Source: Crocosphaera subtropica ATCC 51142
GTDB taxonomy: Bacteria > Cyanobacteriota > Cyanobacteriia > Cyanobacteriales > Microcystaceae
DNA: 32,000 bases
Reading direction: 5' to 3'
NCBI RefSeq assembly: GCF_000017845.1
Contig: NC_010546.1
Coordinates: 30,001-62,000, forward strand
Positions within the stretch are counted from its first letter, which is position 1. Every line of letters starts with the position of its first letter. The notes under the pieces were generated by a model. The model made no database searches. It saw nothing but the letters and a program-made list of their open reading frames with translations, and was not told the DNA's origin. Made by a program: the position numbers and the translations under genes. Positions 8,126 through 14,272 of this stretch are shown here, piece by piece.

Positions 8126-8692
8126 TTATGAAGTACAGTAACAGCAATGAGCAAACCAGTTACGAATATCTTTTTGAGTTACTTGTAACATGGCAAAAGT
8201 AAGAGAATCTATTAAATCTTTATAGTTTCTTGCTTTAATTTTTCTTAAAATAGCTTTGACCTTTGACCAAAAGTTTTCAATGGGAGAAAACTCAGGAGAA
8301 TAAGGGGGTAAATACATTAAACTAGCTCCAGCTTCTTCAATAGCCTCTCTGACTATTTCTCCTAAATGAATTTTAGCATTATCCATAACAACACAAGCAC
8401 CTGTCCATAATTTAGGCACTAATTCTGTAACAATAAAAGCTTCAAAAGTCACTCCATTTACTGAACCATAAATATTAGCAAAAGCTAATATTTTTTCTAA
8501 AGATAATGCTCCTATTATCGAGATATTATGCCCTCGCTTTTGTGGCTTTTCCCCCCTAGCTCTTGTTCCTTTTAATGACCTAGCATATAACCTAAGCATT
8601 GCTAGATTGACTCCTGATTCGTCTATAAAGACTAAGTTTTCTACTCTTATTCCTCTGATAACTTTCCAATACTCTACTCTTTTCTTTAGCAC
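8126..8692 (-). CDS. IS630-family transposase, C-terminal DDE part (orfB)
   Basis: LVFIDESGVNL, VVMDNAKIH and PPYSPEFSPIENFWSKVK are the DDE triad regions of IS630/Tc1 transposases. The frame continues upstream (KKTLYAPEKENVKVLKKRVEY) to the A8 run, one nucleotide out of frame with orfA. Confidence 0.85.
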   Translation of the reverse strand: MLKKRVEYWKVIRGIRVENLVFIDESGVNLAMLRLYARSLKGTRARGEKPQKRGHNISIIGALSLEKILAFANIYGSVNGVTFEAFIVTELVPKLWTGACVVMDNAKIHLGEIVREAIEEAGASLMYLPPYSPEFSPIENFWSKVKAILRKIKARNYKDLIDSLTFAMLQVTQKDIRNWFAHCCYCTS

Positions 8693-8708
8693 TTTAACAT
8701 TTTCTTTT

Positions 8709-9074
8709 TCAGGAGCATATAAGGTTTTTTTTAAGAGAATAATTCAGTTTTTGACTTATTCTCCCTATGGTACTTTTTCCAACTTTTACTCCTGTTGCTT
8801 TTTCAAGCAACTCTGATAATTCTTCAAAAGTGGCATCATTATTCTTTTCCATTAGCTCAATTAAGATTATTAATTGTTCGCTATTTAGTTTACAGGGAGG
8901 TCTTCCTCCTTGGGGTAGAGGTCTAATATCTCCAGTTTCTTTATATTTTTTAATTAATTTTTGAATAAAACTTTTCGATACTCCAAAGTGTTGAGCTAGT
9001 TTTCTTATAGAAATTTTCTCTTTTTTCCAAATTTCTATAATCTTATTTCTTAGGTCTATTGAGTAAGGTCTCAT
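8709..9074 (-). CDS. IS630-family transposase, N-terminal HTH part (orfA)
   Basis: MRPYSIDLRNKII...ISIRKLAQHFGVSKSFIQKLIKKYKETGD is a typical IS630 helix-turn-helix region. It ends shortly after an A8 run (T8 on the plus strand, 8725-8732). Confidence 0.85.
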   Translation of the reverse strand: MRPYSIDLRNKIIEIWKKEKISIRKLAQHFGVSKSFIQKLIKKYKETGDIRPLPQGGRPPCKLNSEQLIILIELMEKNNDATFEELSELLEKATGVKVGKSTIGRISQKLNYSLKKNLICS

Positions 9075-9081
9075 TTTTTAA

Positions 9082-9113
9082 GCGATCCCGAAGGGATCTG
9101 CTCCGCAGTGCGC
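9082..9113. repeat. HIP1 octamer split by a 24-nt double-hairpin mini-insertion (copy A)
   Basis: The sequence is GCGAT-CCCGAAGGGATCTGCTCCGCAGTG-CGC. Hairpin 1 is GATCCC-GAA-GGGATC and hairpin 2 is CTGC-TCC-GCAG. Removing the 24 nt restores GCGATCGC. Confidence 0.7.
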
Positions 9114-9217
9114 ATAATATAGTTTCTCCCTTAGTGTACCTCATGGATATGGGAAATGCTATATCTTTTTTCATGATCCTATACCATTAGTTAATCCTCT
9201 TACTTCAATTGGAATAG

Positions 9218-9841
9218 CTTTTTTTTGTAACATATAAAATTGCCAATAATCAAAAATCAATTAATGATAATAACTATAAACAGAAAATTTTAGATGAATA
9301 TCTTAAAACCATAGGAAATTTATTAATAGAGGAAAAACTAACATCAGAAAAATCTCAAGAAAACGCTAGACATTTAGCTCAAGCTTTAACTATTAATGTA
9401 TTATTAGAGTTAGATGACAAAAGAAAACAACAAGCCATTGATTTTCTCTCTAATGCTAAATTACTCGAAGGAGATAATGGCTTATTAAAGAATGCTAATT
9501 TTATGAAATGTGATCTAGAAGAAATTAACTTTAGAAAAGCTAATTTGAAAGGAACTAATCTTCAAAAAGCTAACCTTTAAAAAGCTAATCTAAGACAAGC
9601 TATTCTTTTGCACGAATTTATTTATCCAGTATGGGAAAATGGGAATATTGATTGGAACAATGGAGATAGTCTAAAAAAAATAACAGGAAAAACAGGAGGA
9701 ACAGCTAACCTGACTCAAGCTAACTTAAAAGATGCTAATTTAACAGAAATATTATGGATGACACCAGAACAAATTAAACAAGCATACAATTGGGAAACAG
9801 CCAAATATGATCCAGACTTTAAGAAACAATTAGGATTATAA
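9218..9841 (+). pseudogene. Pentapeptide-repeat protein gene remnant (no usable start, in-frame TAA)
   Basis: The frame-2 reading gives ...NFRKANLKGTNLQKANL*KANLRQAIL... with TAA at 9578-9580. It continues into the listed ORF 9608-9841 (ANLTQANLKDANLTE). The upstream open frame from 9218 has no plausible start, and a T8 run at 9219-9226 sits at the frame boundary. Confidence 0.7.
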
Positions 9842-9938
9842 ATTTTAGAAAAGTAAAATAGATCATTAGTTTGTTAACATAGTATATAGTATAATATATA
9901 TAAATCTTTAAACTAGCACCAACTAAAAAATAGAAATT

Positions 9939-10235
9939 ATGTTTAGTTATGAAATAACATCACCCACTGAAGCAAGAAATAGTTTATTTCAGTTATTGGA
10001 AAAAGTGGCAAAAGATCATCAGGTATGTATCATCAATCGTAATGATGGAGAAAATGTCGCTTTAATTTCTGAATCTGACTTAAGAAGTTTAGTAGAAACA
10101 GTTTATTTATTGCGAAACCCTGCCAATGCACGTCGATTATTTGATGCCATAGACGAATCTATCACGGGAAAAATACAACCTCAAACTCTTGAAGAATTAA
10201 AACAGGAATTAGGAATTGAACAAGAAGAAGAATAA
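9939..10235 (+). CDS. yefM: Type II antitoxin, Phd/YefM family
   Basis: The N-terminal pattern (SPTEARNSLFQLLEKV...VCIINRNDGENVALISESDLRSLVETVYLL) is typical of YefM. It lies immediately upstream of a YoeB-like ORF. Confidence 0.85.
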   Translation: MFSYEITSPTEARNSLFQLLEKVAKDHQVCIINRNDGENVALISESDLRSLVETVYLLRNPANARRLFDAIDESITGKIQPQTLEELKQELGIEQEEE

Positions 10236-10527
10236 GCAAAAAAATGAAAAAAAATCACCTATTGTTAAACAAATTCCTGGTTTTAGTCAGCAATTTAAAG
10301 AAGATTTAAAATGGTGGTTCAAAACTGATCCTAAAAAAGCTTCAAGGATTTTAGATTTAGTGACAGAAGTTATGAAAGATCCATTTCAAGGAATAGGAAA
10401 ACCAGAACCTTTAAAATATATGGATAGCAATATTTGGTCAAGACGCATTGATTTAGAACATCGTTTAATTTATCGAGTTAGTCAAACTCAACTTGATTTT
10501 CTTTCTTGTCGTTTTCATTATGAGTAA
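10216..10527 (+). CDS. yoeB: Type II toxin, Txe/YoeB family mRNA interferase (start uncertain)
   Basis: DPFQGIGKPEPLKYMDSNIWSRRIDLEHRLIYRV...CRFHYE matches the YoeB core and its C-terminal H-Y. The in-frame start is a TTG at 10216, overlapping yefM. The ATG at 10244 is out of frame because of an A8 run (10247-10254). Confidence 0.8.
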   Translation: MNKKKNKQKNEKKSPIVKQIPGFSQQFKEDLKWWFKTDPKKASRILDLVTEVMKDPFQGIGKPEPLKYMDSNIWSRRIDLEHRLIYRVSQTQLDFLSCRFHYE

Positions 10528-10551
10528 ACTAAAACAATTTAGTTAACAATT

Positions 10552-11226
10552 ATGACACAAAGTATCACAAAATCTGCTGTAAATATTCCCCCTTTAGAAA
10601 ATGGCGATCTCGGAGAGATCCGCTTTGCGGTGCGCTTAACTCGTCTGGAGTTTGAAACCCGTTATCAAGAGATGACTCATGTTAAAAAAGCAGAATTAAT
10701 AGAAGGTATTGTTTATATGGGATCTCCTTTAAGAATTAACAAACATGGCGCACCCCACGCTAATATTATGGCATGGCTTGGATTTTATAAAGCTTATACA
10801 AATGGTGTTTAAATAAGGGATAATTGTACGGTAAGATTAGATCCAGAAAATGAACCCCAACCCGATGCTTTATTAAGGATAGAAAAAGTCGGACAATCAA
10901 TAATTAGTGAAGATGGATATGTAGAAGGTTCACCAGAATTAATAGTAGAAATTGCAGCAAGTACCGTATCTATCGATTTACATGATAAACTAAAAGCTTA
11001 TCGTCGGAATCAAGTTTAAGAATATTTAGTTTGGCGAGTAGATGATCATGAAATTGATTGGTTTAGACTAAAAGAAGAAAAATATGTAAAATTAAAAGCA
11101 GATGAACAAGGAATTATAAAAAGTGAAATTTATCCTGGTTTATGGTTAGATGTGACTGCTTTATTAAAGGGAAATTTAGCCAAAGTTCTAGAGATATTAA
11201 ATCAAGGAATCAAATCCTCTCAGTAG
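10552..11226 (+). pseudogene. Uma2-family (DUF820) putative endonuclease, with two in-frame TAA codons and a 24-nt insertion
   Basis: Continuous frame-1 reading: ...PLENGD[LGEIRFAV]RLTRLEFE...TNGV*IRDNCTVRLDPENEPQPDALLRI...SPELIVEIAAS...AYRRNQV*EYLVWRV...PGLWLD... The stops are at 10810-10812 and 11017-11019, and the frame ends at 11224-11226. Confidence 0.8.
10604..10635. repeat. HIP1 octamer split by a 24-nt double-hairpin mini-insertion (copy B)
   Basis: The sequence is GCGAT-CTCGGAGAGATCCGCTTTGCGGTG-CGC. Hairpin 1 is GATCTC-GGA-GAGATC and hairpin 2 is CCGC-TTT-GCGG. Removal restores GGCGATCGCTTAACT, encoding GDRLT. Confidence 0.7.
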
Positions 11227-11364
11227 GAAAGTTTTGTTAATCAATTAACTCTTAAAAATCAAGGGTAAAATCTAATTTTCCTTTAACTTTTAGTTTTTAA
11301 TGTTCCCACATCTTTCTCTGATACCTCAGAAATAAAAGCAATTTAATAGACGAACCTTACTGTT

Positions 11365-11498
11365 TATAGCCAGTTTACCAGTTTAAATGAGTTGTGAAAA
11401 TTGTTTGTTCTGCGTTTCCTGTTTTGATGCTGTTCCCTGTTCCCTTCTCTCAACAAGTACGTTCACGATTCAAATAGACTAGCTATATCTTGAGATAA
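11365..11498. mobile_element. MITE-like imperfect palindromic element (about 134 bp) with TATAGC termini
   Basis: The left end is TATAGCCAGTTTACC. The reverse complement of the right end is TATAGCTAGTCTATT (11 of 15 match), and further internal arm similarity includes TTTAAAT/TTTGAAT and GTGAA. The termini resemble the IS630 IR TATAGCATTTCCCA. It lies in a 500-bp ORF-free gap. Confidence 0.4.
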
Positions 11499-11732
11499 GT
11501 TTGTCAATTTTGTCCATAGACTTGATATTATTAATTATTAATTGTTAATTATTTATTAGATTATAGACTATCTTCTAGGTCAGTAATTTGATAAACTAAT
11601 ACAGTGTTGTTGCGGTGTTTGTATTCCATTCATTCTCAAGAAATGAAGGATTTAGAATCACTCGTACCTTAGTAATGTCAAAAAAAATCCAGAATATCAA
11701 CATCGAAAAAAAAATTAAAAGGAAAGAAAACT

Positions 11733-12119
11733 ATGTTTAATTTCTCAGGAACAAGACCTAACAATTTAGGCGTTAAAAATGGTCAATTAACTGCTTGTCC
11801 AGGAACCCCCAACTGTGTTAATAGTCAAAGTTCAGATCCTCAATCAAAAATTGCTCCCCTTCCCATGATTTCTATTACTGAGTTAAAAAAGATCATTGAA
11901 AGTATGGAAAGAACCACCATTATTGAAGAAACGAATGATTATCTTTATGCTGAATTTAAAACTCCTTTAATGGGATTTGTTGATGATGTAGAATTTTATC
12001 TTGATTCAGATCAAAATGTCATCCATGTTCGGTCTGCCTCTCGTCTGGGAAAATCCGACTTAGGCGTTAACCGTAAACGAGTCGAAGAAATTAGAAGCAA
12101 AATTGAAGCAAACAACTAA
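11733..12119 (+). CDS. DUF1499-family protein
   Basis: GQLTACPGTPNCVNSQ and DDVEFYLD...IHVRSASRLGKSDLGVNRKRVEEIR match my recollection of DUF1499 proteins. Confidence 0.7.
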   Translation: MFNFSGTRPNNLGVKNGQLTACPGTPNCVNSQSSDPQSKIAPLPMISITELKKIIESMERTTIIEETNDYLYAEFKTPLMGFVDDVEFYLDSDQNVIHVRSASRLGKSDLGVNRKRVEEIRSKIEANN

Positions 12120-12169
12120 AATTCTAGTCTAGGAAATAGAAAAAAACAAAACTTTAATTTAAAAATCTA

Positions 12170-13123
12170 ATGGCTGAACCCTTCACAATAGGCGGACAAA
12201 ATGGTTGGTATCATGATCAAGGACACTGGGCAGGTTACTTTCACACTTACGACAATTTTAAACAATCTAATATAGATGATAAATCGAGAATAATTCATGT
12301 ATTCTTGCCCAGAGATTATGAATATAGCCATGAAAGCTATCCCGTTATTTATATGAATGATGGAGATACCGCCTTTTTTTCTGGAGGTCAGTATTATAAA
12401 AGTTGGAACATGGGGCAGATTTTGACACGGTTATATGTAACCAATCAAATTCGGCGAGTAATAGTAGTTGCTATTTGTCCCATCGACCGTAATTATGAAT
12501 ACACCCATGCCCCTATTAAAGAAGGAAATTGGGGAGGATTACAAGGGTATTCTGATTATGTAGCTTTCGAGGTTAAACCATTTATTGACGCTAATTATCG
12601 TACCCTTTCTAACCCAGAAAATTCCATGGTGTTGGGGTCATCTCATGGAGGATTAGCCGCCTTTTATACTGCCATTAAACACCCTAACCAATTTCAATGT
12701 GTGGCAGCCCTTTCTCCGTCTTTTTGGGTAGGATTAGATTCAATGATTGACCCTTGTTTCTTAGATTTATCGGGGGATTTATTGGGGTCACTGGAATATT
12801 CAGCCCTGATATTTGCTGGATTACAAACCTTACAAGATCCCCAACTACAACCTAAAATTTATTTAGACTGGGGACTCATTCGAGAAGGCGGTTATCATAA
12901 TGCTTTTATGGAAGCCAGGGCAACCGCAAGGGGAAGAGAAATGCGAGATTTATTAATTAATAAGTTTGGTTATCGCTACAACGAAAATTTATTTGTTGTT
13001 GAAGATCCCATCGGTCAACACAGTGAAGAATCCTGGTCAGGACGCATGGAAACTGTATTACAGCACTTTTTGGGTTGGCCAGTATTGATGAAACAGTTAT
13101 TAGAGCAACAGACTGTTGGCTAG
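12170..13123 (+). CDS. Putative esterase (alpha/beta hydrolase, esterase D / enterochelin-esterase-like family)
   Basis: YPVIYMNDGD and the nucleophile elbow GSSHGGLAAFY (GxSxG); 317 aa. Confidence 0.75.
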   Translation: MAEPFTIGGQNGWYHDQGHWAGYFHTYDNFKQSNIDDKSRIIHVFLPRDYEYSHESYPVIYMNDGDTAFFSGGQYYKSWNMGQILTRLYVTNQIRRVIVVAICPIDRNYEYTHAPIKEGNWGGLQGYSDYVAFEVKPFIDANYRTLSNPENSMVLGSSHGGLAAFYTAIKHPNQFQCVAALSPSFWVGLDSMIDPCFLDLSGDLLGSLEYSALIFAGLQTLQDPQLQPKIYLDWGLIREGGYHNAFMEARATARGREMRDLLINKFGYRYNENLFVVEDPIGQHSEESWSGRMETVLQHFLGWPVLMKQLLEQQTVG

Positions 13124-13195
13124 GTTAAAAATTTGAAGTTGCTAATGGTGATCTGTTATGTTAGGATAATAAAGCTTGAAAAAATGCAAAAGTTT

Positions 13196-13266
13196 GCGGG
13201 TGTAGTTTAGTGGTAAAACCTTAGCCTTCCAAGCTAATGATGGGGGTTCGATTCCCCCCACCCGCT
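13196..13266 (+). tRNA. tRNA-Gly (anticodon UCC)
   Basis: Manual cloverleaf. The acceptor stem is GCGGGTG/CACCCGC, the anticodon stem TTAGC/GCTAA with loop CTTCCAA (anticodon TCC), and the T arm GGGGG-TTCGATT-CCCCC. CCA is not encoded. Confidence 0.9.
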
Positions 13267-13328
13267 TTGCTAAAGTAAAGAGATATGATAAGTATGTTCA
13301 GATGTCATGGGAATAATGGCGATCGCTT

Positions 13329-14159
13329 ATGCTTTTAGGGTTTCAATTTCAGTCTCCGGGCCCCATCTTAATTGAACTAGGTCCTTTGGTCATCCGTTGG
13401 TACGGTTTCTTAATTGCCAGTGCGGTATTAATTGGAGTCACGCTATCCCAGTGGTTAGCCAAACGCCGTCACGTTAACCCTGACCTCATCGGTGATTTAG
13501 CCATTTGGTTAGTTATAGGAGCAATTCCTTGTGCCAGACTTTATTATGTCATCTTTCAGTGGCAAGAATACGCCCAACGTCCCGAAGATGTTATAGCCAT
13601 CTGGAAAGGAGGGATAGCCATTCATGGAGCAATTATTGGTGGTACCATAGCAGCCCTAATCTTTGCCCGTTTAAACAAAATTTCCGTGTGGCAATTGGGA
13701 GATTTGGTGGTTCCCTCTTTAGCCTTGGGACAAGCTATCGGGAGATGGGGCAATTTCTTCAATTCCGAAGCCTTTGGCGCACCCACTAATTTACCCTGGA
13801 GGCTTTATATTCCTGTCAATAACCGTCCCGTCGAATATCTGACTTCGGAATACTTTCATCCCACATTTCTTTACGAATCCCTCTGGAATTTCCTGGTTTT
13901 CCTTCTCCTATTATGGTTATTTTTTTGGGGGTTAAAGCATTCTCATCGTTTCCGTGTCGGAACCTTATCCCTAGTGTATTTAATCGCTTATAGTTGTGGC
14001 AGAATTTGGATAGAAGGATTAAGAACCGATAGTTTAATGTTAGGACCATTGAGAGTGGCACAGGTGATCAGTTTAGTTATGATTAGTGTAGGGATTTTGG
14101 GGCTAGTGTGGTTATATCGTTTACAAAAACCTTTACCAGACGTGGTTTCCCCTCAATAG
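13329..14159 (+). CDS. lgt: Prolipoprotein diacylglyceryl transferase
   Basis: The motifs [11 protein letters not shown] and [13 protein letters not shown], and multiple TM helices, are typical of Lgt. Confidence 0.9.
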   Translation: MLLGFQFQSPGPILIELGPLVIRWYGFLIASAVLIGVTLSQWLAKRRHVNPDLIGDLAIWLVIGAIPCARLYYVIFQWQEYAQRPEDVIAIWKGGIAIHGAIIGGTIAALIFARLNKISVWQLGDLVVPSLALGQAIGRWGNFFNSEAFGAPTNLPWRLYIPVNNRPVEYLTSEYFHPTFLYESLWNFLVFLLLLWLFFWGLKHSHRFRVGTLSLVYLIAYSCGRIWIEGLRTDSLMLGPLRVAQVISLVMISVGILGLVWLYRLQKPLPDVVSPQ

Positions 14160-14272
14160 TCTCTTTTGAGTGAGTGGCCAACTTCTATTTAAGTTATAGC
14201 TTCTCGTCGAAAGAATCAACAAGACTATCCACAGAAATCTCGTTTGATGTTTTTACATTGACCTCACACAAT

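Larger units (their letters stand above)
8109..9163 (-). mobile_element. IS630-family (Tc1/mariner-type) insertion sequence with TA target duplication
   Basis: Perfect 14-bp terminal inverted repeat TATAGCATTTCCCA (8109-8122) / TGGGAAATGCTATA (9150-9163). The outer TA on each side fits the TA duplication of IS630. The internal transposase has an HTH part and a DDE part. Confidence 0.88.

Noticed and set aside
8043-9240. Joining the short ORF MSKTQQEANINDTLSILLNKIW (8043-8108, plus strand) across the IS to the pentapeptide remnant, as a gene split by the IS
   Set aside because: After removing the IS and one TA copy, the frame hits TGA after 4 codons. Reaching the pentapeptide frame needs two more frameshifts, both in T runs. 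It is possible but not supportable from sequence alone.
13133-13170. TTGAAG ... GATAAT as the promoter of tRNA-Gly
   Set aside because: The spacing between the putative -35 and -10 hexamers is about 26 nt, which does not fit a sigma-70-type promoter.
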